DNA from: Thermoleophilaceae bacterium
GTDB lineage: Bacteria; Actinomycetota; Thermoleophilia; Solirubrobacterales; Thermoleophilaceae
Direction: 5' to 3'
Length of the DNA: 64,000 bases
Assembly (NCBI GenBank): GCA_036494715.1
Contig: DASXNY010000166.1
Span: 801-64,800, forward strand
Made by a program: the position numbers and the translations under genes. The notes beneath the pieces are model-generated. The model worked only from the letters and a program-made list of their open reading frames with translations. It was not told the origin of the DNA and ran no database searches. Positions 45,455 through 54,585 of this stretch are shown here, in pieces; the stretch's first letter is position 1; each line of letters starts with the position of its first letter.

Positions 45455-45835
45455 CTACTGTTCGTCCTCCCTGAGGTACTTGACCAGGCGCACGCCGTCC
45501 GGGCGGAAGTCGCACTCGTCGACGGTCGCGCGAATGATGGCCTGGCCGAGCTCCTGTTCCTCCGCCGATACGGTCGCGGTGTGAGGGCCGCCGATGTCGA
45601 GCACCAGGCGGTCGTCCTCGAGCTCGAAGCCGCAAGTCAGCTGGTCCGCCGACTCCTCCCCGACGAAGGCCGTCGCGGCCTCAGTGACCGCGAGCTTGAG
45701 GTCCGCGACGTCCTCCGGCTCGAGCGAAGTGAGACGGCATACGGCGGAGAGGGCGAGACGTGTGAGAACTATGTATTCGGGTTTGGCGGGCACCTTCAGG
45801 CGCACGCTCCGGGTGCTGCTCTCGACCTTGGTCAT
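45455..45835 (-). CDS. short RsbW/SpoIIAB-like anti-sigma 'kinase' homologue, probably catalytically degenerate
   Basis: VPAKPEYIVLTRLALSAV...DLKLAVTEAATAFV resembles the HATPase_c_2 N-terminal half, but the N-box Asn is absent and the protein is only 126 aa. Confidence 0.65.
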   Translation of the reverse strand: MTKVESSTRSVRLKVPAKPEYIVLTRLALSAVCRLTSLEPEDVADLKLAVTEAATAFVGEESADQLTCGFELEDDRLVLDIGGPHTATVSAEEQELGQAIIRATVDECDFRPDGVRLVKYLREDEQ

Positions 45836-46818
45836 CGACTCTCCGTTTCCTGTGCGCCCGCAAGGCTAAACGCAACGCGCCCCATCCCGGCGTCAAGCTC
45901 CTCGATGAGGAGCGCGTGGAGGCGGGGGTTTGCGCACGCAACGACAGACATCTGGTGCTCCGGTCCCGCCCCGAGCAGCGGCTTGGCGGCCAGCGACCCA
46001 CCGCCCGCGTCGGTGACGACGGCGCCGCCCTCCTCGAGGCAGAGCACCACCGCCGCGAGGTCGTAGGGCGTGTTGTTGAGCACCGAGCCGCCGCCCACGC
46101 GCTCGAACTCGGAGCGCGTCTCGGGCAGGTCTTCGATCAGCCGCGGGCCCGGCTCGATGTAGGCGTCGAGCTGGCCGGTGAGCACGCGCGTCGAGTCGTA
46201 GGTGGCCGAGCCGAGCTCGAAGCAGCCGCCGCCCACCGACGACGCCTCGATCAGCCCGCCGAGCAGCTCGGTGTACAGGCGCACCGGGCGGCCGCGGAAG
46301 CCATAGACCCAGAACATGCGCTCGAGCTCCTCGTTGCGCGAGAGGCGCACCGGCGGCGCCTCGACCAGGCCCTGGCCACGCTCGGCGAGGAAGACGATGC
46401 CCGACGGGATCTCGACGACACAGCCCACGCTCACGTCGCCCATCGACACGTCGTCGCGCAGTGGCGCGGCCGCGACAGACACGCAGCAGGACTCGAACCC
46501 CGCGAGGGCCGGGCGCGTGCCGTCGATCGGGTCGACCACGAGCACGGTGTCCGCCTCTCCGCCGCCCGGCAGCACCAGGCCGCGGTCCTCGGAGTAGAAG
46601 GCCACGTGCGGAGCGCGCTCGGCGAGGAACGACGCGAGCAGCTCCTCGGCCTCGGCGTCGATCGCGAAGGTGATGTCGCCGCCCGCTGCGAGCTCCTCCT
46701 CGTGTGCGCGCGCGGCGTGCGAGCCCAGCATGGGGACCACCCGCTCGCGCAGGGCGAGCGCCAGGTCGCGCACCAGGCCGCGCAGCTCCGCGGCAGGCGC
46801 GCCGTCGTCGCTCGTCAA
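45832..46818 (-). CDS. inositol-monophosphatase/FBPase-superfamily phosphatase
   Basis: VVDPIDGT motif and FYSED metal-site region. 4-nt overlaps at both ends. Confidence 0.8.
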   Translation of the reverse strand: MTSDDGAPAAELRGLVRDLALALRERVVPMLGSHAARAHEEELAAGGDITFAIDAEAEELLASFLAERAPHVAFYSEDRGLVLPGGGEADTVLVVDPIDGTRPALAGFESCCVSVAAAPLRDDVSMGDVSVGCVVEIPSGIVFLAERGQGLVEAPPVRLSRNEELERMFWVYGFRGRPVRLYTELLGGLIEASSVGGGCFELGSATYDSTRVLTGQLDAYIEPGPRLIEDLPETRSEFERVGGGSVLNNTPYDLAAVVLCLEEGGAVVTDAGGGSLAAKPLLGAGPEHQMSVVACANPRLHALLIEELDAGMGRVAFSLAGAQETESR

Positions 46819-48002
46819 GGACCGGGGCTGGCCGGGCGCTCCGCCAGCGTGACCGTGACGGTCCGTCGCCTGTTGCCGTTCACGACTGTGAGCGTGACCT
46901 TGGTGCCGGGATTGCGCTCGGAAATGAGGTTGCTGAGGTCGGTGGAGGTGCGCACCGGCTTGCCGTCGATCGCCACTATCGCGTCGCCGCCCTTGGGGAT
47001 GCGCGTGTCTCCCTCGAAGCCGATCACGCTCGTGCCCTCCTTGAGGTGCGCCTTCGCGGCCGGGCTGTTCGGTTCTATATGCGCGACGAGCGCGCCGGTC
47101 TGGGCGGCGACGCCGAGGCGCTTCGCGAGCTGCGGGTAGAGGTCCACCGAGCTCACCCCGATGTAGGAGTAGCTCACCTTGCCGTTCTGCTTGAGCTGCT
47201 GGATCGAGCGGTGGACGGTGTCCACCGGGACCGCGAAGCCCACGCCCTCGCCACCACCACCGGTGGACTTGATCTGCGAGTTGATCCCGATCACCTGGCC
47301 CTTGGCGTTGAGCAGCGGGCCACCGGAGTTGCCGTGGTTGATGGCCGCGTCGGTCTGAATCGCGTTGTTGATGTCGAACGAGGTGAGCGAGGTGATACTG
47401 CGGTCGACCGCCGAGATCACGCCGACCGAAAGCGACTGCTGCTCGCCGAACGGGCTGCCGATCGCGGCCACCGGCGAGCCGACGATCAAACCCGCAGACG
47501 AGCCGAGCGGCAGCGGCGTGAGCTTGAGGCCGCCGGTGGGGATCTTGAGCAGGGCGACGTCCGAGTTCGGGTCGTCGCCGACGATCTTGGCGGGCACGCG
47601 GTTGTGGTCAGGGAACTCGACGTAGACCTGGTCGGCGCGCTTGATGTCCTGTCCCTGGCCGGTGGTGACGACGTGCGCGTTGGTCGCGACATCGCCGGAG
47701 CCGTCGACAACAAAGCCGGAGCCGAGCGCCTCCTCGGCGCCCTGGTCCCCGCCACCGAACAGGCCGCCACCGCCGCCGGGGAGTATCGAGATCACCGTGA
47801 CCACGCCGGGCGCGTACTGGCGATAGATCGCCGCGGGATTGAAGCCCGCCACCTCGCCGCCGCCCCCGACCACCTGAACCTTGGTGTTGGTGACGGTGAC
47901 CGGTCCCGAGTTGCCGGCAGGCTGGTCGCTCTTGCCGCCGCCGCCGCAGCCCGCGGCGAGCAGCGCCAGTAGGAGGCCGGCGCACAGCGCGGCGCGCCTC
48001 AC
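46815..48002 (-). CDS. HtrA/DegP-family serine protease with a PDZ domain and a lipoprotein-type signal
   Basis: LLALLAAGC lipobox, TNAHVV (His), D, and GNSGGPL (Ser) triad, with a C-terminal PDZ domain. Confidence 0.9.
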   Translation of the reverse strand: MRRAALCAGLLLALLAAGCGGGGKSDQPAGNSGPVTVTNTKVQVVGGGGEVAGFNPAAIYRQYAPGVVTVISILPGGGGGLFGGGDQGAEEALGSGFVVDGSGDVATNAHVVTTGQGQDIKRADQVYVEFPDHNRVPAKIVGDDPNSDVALLKIPTGGLKLTPLPLGSSAGLIVGSPVAAIGSPFGEQQSLSVGVISAVDRSITSLTSFDINNAIQTDAAINHGNSGGPLLNAKGQVIGINSQIKSTGGGGEGVGFAVPVDTVHRSIQQLKQNGKVSYSYIGVSSVDLYPQLAKRLGVAAQTGALVAHIEPNSPAAKAHLKEGTSVIGFEGDTRIPKGGDAIVAIDGKPVRTSTDLSNLISERNPGTKVTLTVVNGNRRRTVTVTLAERPASPGP

Positions 48003-49420
48003 GCCGAGCCGTTCTCGTCCGTGGCCGGCAGTTCGAGCGTGAACGCGGTCCGGCCCTTCGCCGTGCGCAGCTCGATCTTCCCGCTCATGCGGTCCGCCAG
48101 CTCGCGGGCGATCGCGAGCCCGAGGCCGGAGCCGCGGGCGGCGTCGCCCGTGTAGAAGCGTTCGAACACGCGATCGGCGGCAGGGCCCGTCACACCGGGG
48201 CCGGTGTCGGACACGGTGAGTGCTGCGCTTCCGTTGTTGCGGCCTGCGGACACGGTGACCTGAGTTCCCTCCGGCGTGTGGCGTAGCGCGTTGTCAAGCA
48301 AGATACGCATGATCTGGGCTACCCGTTCCCGGTCGCAAATAGCCTCGATGTCGCCCGCCGGGAGCTTGAGCTGGAGCCGCGTGTGGTGCCGGCTGACGGC
48401 GGGGGTGAACTCGCCGGCTACCTCGCGCGCCAGTTCGTTTAGGTCGACATCTTCGGGATTCAGCTCAAGCGAGCCGGCATCGATCCTGGACAGGTCGAGC
48501 AGCGAGACCGCGAGCTTCTGGAGCCGCTCCACCTGTTCGCGCATCAGCCACAGGAACTCGGTGCGTGTCTCCTCGTCGAGGTCCTCGTCCTGGAGCAGCT
48601 CGACGAAGCCGCCGAGCGAGAAGATCGGCGTGCGCAGCTCGTGCGAGGCGTTGGCGATGAAGTCGCGCCGCGCGCTGTCGACGCGCGCGAGCTGCACCTG
48701 CATCTCGTTGAAGGTGCGCGTTAGCTGGCCGAGCTCGTCGTCCGAGTCCTCCGGCAGAGGCTCGATGAAGTTGCCGTCGGCCACCTGCTTGGCGGCGGTC
48801 TCGAGCCGGCGCACGCGGCGGGCCAGGGCGCGGGCCACCATGTAGCCGCCCACGAGCGCGATCAGCAGCGCGATGCCGCCGGCGATCAGCACGCGTGTGC
48901 GGATCAGGGACACCGCGTCCTGCACGTCCGCGAGGTCGCGCGAGTAGACGACGATCCACTCGACGCGCTTCTGACCCTTGCGCCGCAGCGGCACCGCGGC
49001 CTGCGCCGAGCGCTGGCCGTTCACGCTCTGCACGCCCGCCTGCATGTGACCGGTGCGGAACGCCAGGGCCGCCAGCGCCCTGCTCCCGCGCGCCTCCTGG
49101 TTGGGCCGCGAGCTGAAGGCGACCCAGGGCGCGGGCGGCGGCGCGAACACCGTGACCTCGGCGTCCGAGCTGTCGCCGACGGAGCGCACGTAGTCGTCCT
49201 TGACGCGGTCCGACTCGTTCGGGATGAGGACGTTCTCGAAGCGCGTGGTGAAGAACGGCACAAGCCGCCGCAGCTCGGTCACGCGCTGGTGCTCCAGGTT
49301 GGTCTGAAGCTGCGGGACGACGGCGAAGAAGATGACCGAGAACGCGACCGCGATGACCGCGAAGAACACCAGCGCCAGCTTGTTCCCGAGGGAGCGTGCC
49401 GGTGGCAGCGGCAGCTTCAT
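47999..49420 (-). CDS. envelope-stress-type sensor histidine kinase (HAMP-HisKA-HATPase)
   Basis: Two TM segments around a periplasmic loop, HAMP, H-box ASHELRTPI, and N/G boxes (DNALRHT, DTGPGV, GSGLGLAI). Confidence 0.9.
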   Translation of the reverse strand: MKLPLPPARSLGNKLALVFFAVIAVAFSVIFFAVVPQLQTNLEHQRVTELRRLVPFFTTRFENVLIPNESDRVKDDYVRSVGDSSDAEVTVFAPPPAPWVAFSSRPNQEARGSRALAALAFRTGHMQAGVQSVNGQRSAQAAVPLRRKGQKRVEWIVVYSRDLADVQDAVSLIRTRVLIAGGIALLIALVGGYMVARALARRVRRLETAAKQVADGNFIEPLPEDSDDELGQLTRTFNEMQVQLARVDSARRDFIANASHELRTPIFSLGGFVELLQDEDLDEETRTEFLWLMREQVERLQKLAVSLLDLSRIDAGSLELNPEDVDLNELAREVAGEFTPAVSRHHTRLQLKLPAGDIEAICDRERVAQIMRILLDNALRHTPEGTQVTVSAGRNNGSAALTVSDTGPGVTGPAADRVFERFYTGDAARGSGLGLAIARELADRMSGKIELRTAKGRTAFTLELPATDENGSA

Positions 49421-50118
49421 CGGTCTCTGAAGTGGTACCCCACGCCGCGCACGGTGAAGAGAAACTCCGGATCCTTCGGATCGCGCTCGATCTTCTCGCG
49501 CAGGTGCCGGATGTGGACATCGATCGTGCGCGGGTCGCGGTAGGAGGAGTCACCCCAGAGCCGGTCGAGGATCATCGTGCGGCTGAACACCCGGCCGGGG
49601 TTGCGGGCGAGGATCGAGAGGATCTCGAATTCGACGTAGGTGAGCCGTACGGGCTCGCTGCGGATCTCCACGGTGCGCTTCGCGAAGTCGACGCTCAGGT
49701 CGCCGGCGGAGAGCGGCTCCTCGTCGCGCTGCTCCTCGCGCAAGAGGTCCGAGCGGCGCAGCACCGCCTTCACCCGGCTGCGGAACTCGCGCATCGAGAA
49801 CGGCTTGGTGATGTAGTCGTCCGCGCCGAGCTCCAGGCCGAGCACCTTGTCGAACTCTTCGGCCTTGGCGGTGAGCATGATGATCGGGACGCTCGATTGC
49901 GCGCGGATCTGGCGGCAGACGTCGAAGCCGTCGAGCTTCGGCAGCATCACGTCGAGCACGATCAGATCGAAGGTCTGGCCGCGGCAGCGCTCGAGCGCCT
50001 CCTCGCCGTCCAGCGCCGGCACGACCTCATAGCCTTCCTTGCGGAGGGGGTAGGCCAGCAGCTTCTGAACCGACTGCTCGTCGTCTACGAGGAGGATGCG
50101 AGCGGGCTGTGGCGACAT
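49417..50118 (-). CDS. OmpR/PhoB-family response regulator
   Basis: ATG at 50118. ILLVDDE, DLIVLDVMLP and a winged helix (TVRGVGY). Confidence 0.92.
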   Translation of the reverse strand: MSPQPARILLVDDEQSVQKLLAYPLRKEGYEVVPALDGEEALERCRGQTFDLIVLDVMLPKLDGFDVCRQIRAQSSVPIIMLTAKAEEFDKVLGLELGADDYITKPFSMREFRSRVKAVLRRSDLLREEQRDEEPLSAGDLSVDFAKRTVEIRSEPVRLTYVEFEILSILARNPGRVFSRTMILDRLWGDSSYRDPRTIDVHIRHLREKIERDPKDPEFLFTVRGVGYHFRDR

Positions 50119-50187
50119 GCTGGTGGGGGGCCATCCAAACGCCGCCCCCAGGAGATTGTAGGTTCCATTGGTGGTGACGCTCGCATC

Positions 50188-51981
50188 GTGATCGAGCCGC
50201 GGCTCTATCGCGCGGCTTTCCTTCCGGCTCTGTTGGCGCTGATCGTGGCGGCTTTTTCGCTGGAAGACCGTCCCGCGCCGTTGCCACAGGCGCTCGCAGC
50301 GGACGTTCTCTTCCAGGGAAAGACCGCCACTATGGCGGCCAAGGAGATCGCCAAGACCTACCCGGACAGGCGACCCGGCAGCGTCGGCGACCGCGCCGAG
50401 GGCAGGCAGCTCGCGCGCACCTTCGCCGCCCACGGCTTCACCACCGTGATCGACCACTTCTCGAGCGGCAGCGGCACGCCGCTCGACAACGTGATCGGCA
50501 GGCGCGCGGGGGCGTCCCGGCACCAGATCGTCGTGGTGGCGCCGCGCGATGCGGGCTCGATCCCCGACGCCACGGGCAGCGCGTCCGACACCGCGGCGCT
50601 CGCTGAGATTGCTCGCGTGCTCCAGGGCACGCCGTCACGCAAGACGATCACCCTGGCGTCGGTGGACGGCTCGACGCTCGGCGAGCTCGGCATCCACCGG
50701 CTGCTCGACAAGCTGCCGGATCGGCGCCTGATCGAGACCGTGATCGTGCTGTCCAATCTCGGCGCCCCCGGCCCGCATGTGCCGCCGCTGCAGATCTGGT
50801 CGAACGACTCGCAGCGCGTGGGAGTGGGGCTCGAGCGCACGGCGTCGCTCTCCGAGAGCGAGGAGTTCGGCCGCGAGCCGCATACCGCCGGCGCGCCGGC
50901 GCAGATGATCCGGCTTGCGTTCCCGCTCGGCGTAGGCGCGCAGGGGCCACTGCTGGCGGCCGGCGAGGACACCGTGCGCTTCTCGGGCAGCGGCGAGCTG
51001 CCGGCGGCCAAGGACAAGAGCGGCGTCGACTCGATCAGCCCGGACCGGCTCGGCTCCCTCGGCCGTGCGGCGCTGCGGACGGTGTTCGCCGTCGATCAGA
51101 ACGTCGGGCCGCCGGCACGCGGCCCGACCTCCTACGTGACGGTGGCGGGCAACCTGCTGCCCCAGTGGGCGGTCGCGCTCGTGGCGATGTCGCTGATCCT
51201 GCCCGCGCTCGTGGCCTCGATCGACGGCTTCGCCCGCGCCCGGCGCAGACACGAGCCGGTGGGCCGCTACGCGCGCTGGGTGCTGGCCGGGGTGCTGGCG
51301 CTCGTCACGGGGCTCGTGATCGCCAAGCTGATGGTGGTAGTTGGGATCGTGGCCGATCCGCCGGAGAGCCCGGTGGCGCCGGACGTGCGGCCCGTGCACG
51401 GCGGCGACGTCGCGGTGATGGCGGTGCTCGCCGCAGTGGTGGCCGCGGCCTGGATGCTGGGCCGCAGGATCGCGGTCGGCGGAGCGCGCCGGCGGCTCGA
51501 CCTGGCGGCGCCCGGCGCCGGTTGCGCGGTGGCCCTGGCGGTCAGCTGCGTGACGCTCGCGGTGTGGTTCATCAACCCGTTCGCGGCGCTGATGCTGGTG
51601 CCGGCGTTGCACCTCTGGCTGCTCGCGGCAATGGCGCGTGTCCCCGACCGCGGACCGGTCGCCCCTGCGCTCGTGGTGGTGGGCCTGTTACCGCTCGCGG
51701 TCGTCGTCCTCTACTACATGAGCAAGCTGTCGCTCGGTCCGCTCGGCGGCCTCTGGTACGCCTTCCTGCTCGTCACGAGCGGCACGGTGGGAATCGCGGC
51801 GGCGCTGTTCGCCTGCGCCTTCATCGGCGTGTTCGGCTGCCTCGTCGCGGTCCTCGTTGCCCGGGCACGGCGGCCGCCGGTCGCCAAGGTTGAGGAGCCC
51901 AAGCACCCGGCCGTGTTCGGCCCGGGCGGCTACGCGGGGCCCGGAGCGCTTGGCGGAACGGAGTCGGCGTTACGCCGCTGA
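50188..51981 (+). CDS. polytopic membrane protein with an M28-peptidase-like extracytoplasmic domain
   Basis: GTG at 50188 is the first plausible start. TM segment, then the AEGRQLARTFAAHGF...DNVIGRRAG...VVVAPRDA region, then about 7 TM helices. Divergent from the two-component system. Confidence 0.55.
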   Translation: MIEPRLYRAAFLPALLALIVAAFSLEDRPAPLPQALAADVLFQGKTATMAAKEIAKTYPDRRPGSVGDRAEGRQLARTFAAHGFTTVIDHFSSGSGTPLDNVIGRRAGASRHQIVVVAPRDAGSIPDATGSASDTAALAEIARVLQGTPSRKTITLASVDGSTLGELGIHRLLDKLPDRRLIETVIVLSNLGAPGPHVPPLQIWSNDSQRVGVGLERTASLSESEEFGREPHTAGAPAQMIRLAFPLGVGAQGPLLAAGEDTVRFSGSGELPAAKDKSGVDSISPDRLGSLGRAALRTVFAVDQNVGPPARGPTSYVTVAGNLLPQWAVALVAMSLILPALVASIDGFARARRRHEPVGRYARWVLAGVLALVTGLVIAKLMVVVGIVADPPESPVAPDVRPVHGGDVAVMAVLAAVVAAAWMLGRRIAVGGARRRLDLAAPGAGCAVALAVSCVTLAVWFINPFAALMLVPALHLWLLAAMARVPDRGPVAPALVVVGLLPLAVVVLYYMSKLSLGPLGGLWYAFLLVTSGTVGIAAALFACAFIGVFGCLVAVLVARARRPPVAKVEEPKHPAVFGPGGYAGPGALGGTESALRR

Positions 51982-52120
51982 TTCCTGTGGACGCTCGTCC
52001 TATGAAGCGGCTTAGGAGCTCTGACGATAAGACTCGCGAAGGCAGCGGGGCACGTTCAACCGCCCATCCGCCGGCTCGCGCCCAAGCAGGCGTCCTGTTT
52101 CGATCGTATGTTTTGCACAC

Positions 52121-52339
52121 GTGAGCAAGAGCGAGTATCCGGAGGAGTGGTTGCCGATGCAGGCCATCGATCCTGACCTCGTCCGCAGAGTCGCGGACGG
52201 CGAGTACGAGATCGATCCGCATGCGGTGGCCGAGGCGATGCTGCGCCGGAGCGCCCGGCTCAACGAGCTGCGCCGGTTCTCACGCGTGTTCGTAGCCGGT
52301 GACGTCGAGCTCCCCGCCTCCGGGCGCGAGCAGGCGTAG
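52121..52339 (+). CDS. possible FlgM-like anti-sigma-28 domain small protein
   Basis: [21 protein letters not shown] resembles the FlgM C-terminal helix pattern. GTG start. The last 60 nt overlap the convergent thiL. Confidence 0.35.
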   Translation: MSKSEYPEEWLPMQAIDPDLVRRVADGEYEIDPHAVAEAMLRRSARLNELRRFSRVFVAGDVELPASGREQA

Positions 52340-53227
52340 GCCGCTCCCCTCGCGTGCCTCGCCGATCCAGCTGACGGGCAGGCCCGCCGCCCGCTCGATC
52401 GCCTCGCGCCGCTCGGGCGGCGCTGTGAACAGCAACTCGAAGTCCTCGCCCGCCGCCACGGCCAGCTCGAGGGGATCGCGGCCGAGCGCCTTGGCGGCGT
52501 CGTTCAAGCCGGGCGCGAGCGGTGCGCGTTGCAGGTCGACGACGAGCTCGACACCGCTGCGCTCCGCCAGGTGGCGCGCGTCGGTGGCCACGCCGTCGCT
52601 CACGTCGATCATCGCGCTGACCCCGGCCGCGGCCAACGCCGCGCCGGCCGCGAGGCGCGGCTCGGGGCGCAGGTGCCGCCGGACGAGCGGCCCGCCGCGC
52701 TCGCCGCGCTCGAGCAGCAGCAGCCCCGCGCCCGAGCCGCCGAGCTCGCCCGTCACGCCCAGCAGGTCGCCGGCCCGCCCGCCATCGCGGTAGGCGAGCG
52801 CGTCCTCGGAGTCGCCCCAGCCCGTCACGGTCACCGCCAGCTGGAGCTGCGGCGCCGACACCACGTCGCCGCCGGCGATCGCGGTGTCGGTCCGGCCGGC
52901 GAGCTCCTCCATCGCGCGCACCAGCTCGAGCGCGTTCTCCTCGCCGAAGCCGCTCGGCAGCCCGAGCGCCACGTAGGCCTCGCCCGGGCGCGCGCCCATC
53001 GCCGCCAGGTCCGACAGTGCGGCGGCGAGCGCCTTGTGGCCCACGTCCGCGGGCGAGTGCGTGTCGAGCCTGAAGTGGACGCCCTCCACCATCGCGTCCA
53101 CCGACGTCACGGCCACGGCGCCGTCGGCGCGCACCACGGCGGCGTCGTCGCCGGGCCCGCGCAGAACGCGGCCGCCGCGCGCCGTGAGCGCGCGCTCGAT
53201 CGCGGCGATCAGGCTCAGCTCGCTCAC
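52280..53227 (-). CDS. thiL: thiamine-monophosphate kinase
   Basis: [28 protein letters not shown] and GGDV motifs. GTG at 53227 (TAGTG junction); ATG at 53257 is an alternative. Confidence 0.88.
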   Translation of the reverse strand: MSELSLIAAIERALTARGGRVLRGPGDDAAVVRADGAVAVTSVDAMVEGVHFRLDTHSPADVGHKALAAALSDLAAMGARPGEAYVALGLPSGFGEENALELVRAMEELAGRTDTAIAGGDVVSAPQLQLAVTVTGWGDSEDALAYRDGGRAGDLLGVTGELGGSGAGLLLLERGERGGPLVRRHLRPEPRLAAGAALAAAGVSAMIDVSDGVATDARHLAERSGVELVVDLQRAPLAPGLNDAAKALGRDPLELAVAAGEDFELLFTAPPERREAIERAAGLPVSWIGEAREGSGLRLLAPGGGELDVTGYEHA

Positions 53228-54585
53228 TAGAGCGGCACCGCGATCACGAGCATCCATGCACACAGCGCGACGCTCGCGGCCATCAGCCGGCGGTCGGCGG
53301 CCAGCGCTGCGAGCGGCAGCAGCCAGAGCACGTACCAGGGCACGAGCCAGGCGGAGGCGACGAGGATCGCGAACGTGGCCCAGCCGGCCGCGCGCACAGG
53401 ATCCGCGCCGCGCCAGGTGCGCCACAGGAGCCACAGGAACACGCAGCCGAACGCCACGCCCCAGAGCACGCGCGACACCGTCCGGTAGTCGAGCCGGTCG
53501 CCCGGCAGGACCGCGCCCAGCAGCTGCGCCGTCTTGTACGGAAAGCTCCAGCGCGAGCTACGCGCCTGGTTCGAGTTCAAGAAGCTCAAGGCATCCAAAG
53601 CATGCGTGCCGAACACGGCGAGTCCAATCAGAGCGATCAGCGCGAACACGAGCACAGCCGCAACGAGCGCCCGCCGCCAGCGCTCGCGCGACCCGACGAC
53701 AAGGAACGGCAAGACAAGCCCAGCCGACGCCTTGATGCCGGCGCCGACCGAAGCGAGAGCAGTTCCCGCCACCTGCCCCCCGCCCCCCGTCACCCACACC
53801 ACGACGCCCGCAACGGTGAGCAGCACCACCAGGGCCTCGTTGTGCGCCCCCGCCACGACATGCACAAGCACCAGCGGATTGAGTCCGACGAACGCCGCCG
53901 GGAGCAGGGGATCGCGCCCGAGCAGCCGCGCCCCCTTCCACACGAGCGCCACGATTCCGAGCGAGCACGCCGCGGCCACGACCTTGAGCGTCCAGAACGC
54001 ACCGGCCACGCCCAGCGGCGCCAGCGGATATGTGAGCAGCGTGAACAGCGGGCCGTACACCGACACCGCGTCTTTCGAGCCCGCGAAGCCGAACACCGCG
54101 TCGCCCGGGATGTCGAGCGGTGAGTGCGTGTAGGGGTTGAGCGAGTGCGTGACGCCGAGGCGCGCGTAGGCGATGTACGAGAACACGTCCTGCGAGAGCA
54201 GCGGCGGCGCGAGCAGGAACAGGAGGTGCAGCCCGGCGATCGCCCACAGCACGGCGCGCACGGGCAGGTCGCGCACGCGCACGAGCACCGCCACGTACAG
54301 CAGCAGCGCCAGCCACAGGCCGGCGTAGAAGAGCGGCCCCGCCAGCGTGCCGCGCGCGCCGGAGATACCCGCGAAGCGCAGCGGCCCGAGCAGCCAGCCC
54401 GGAGAGCCACCGGCCGTCGCCAGGACGAGCTTCGAGCCGGCTGCCGCCGGCAACGCGGCCAACAGGCCATAGAGCACGCACAGGAGTGCGAGCGCGGCCG
54501 CGGCCGGCCAAGCGGAGCGCCGCGCCTGGCTAACCGGTTGGGTCTGCGGGCGAGCCGCCGCCGCCGTTGCCATTGCCGTTTCCAT
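53227..54585 (-). CDS. GT-C-type polytopic membrane glycosyl(mannosyl)transferase-like protein (MptB/DUF2029-like)
   Basis: [25 protein letters not shown] loop motif and more than 10 TM segments. ATG at 54585 or 54573; the Arg-rich track N-terminus is rejected. Confidence 0.6.
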   Translation of the reverse strand: METAMATAAAARPQTQPVSQARRSAWPAAAALALLCVLYGLLAALPAAAGSKLVLATAGGSPGWLLGPLRFAGISGARGTLAGPLFYAGLWLALLLYVAVLVRVRDLPVRAVLWAIAGLHLLFLLAPPLLSQDVFSYIAYARLGVTHSLNPYTHSPLDIPGDAVFGFAGSKDAVSVYGPLFTLLTYPLAPLGVAGAFWTLKVVAAACSLGIVALVWKGARLLGRDPLLPAAFVGLNPLVLVHVVAGAHNEALVVLLTVAGVVVWVTGGGGQVAGTALASVGAGIKASAGLVLPFLVVGSRERWRRALVAAVLVFALIALIGLAVFGTHALDALSFLNSNQARSSRWSFPYKTAQLLGAVLPGDRLDYRTVSRVLWGVAFGCVFLWLLWRTWRGADPVRAAGWATFAILVASAWLVPWYVLWLLPLAALAADRRLMAASVALCAWMLVIAVPL

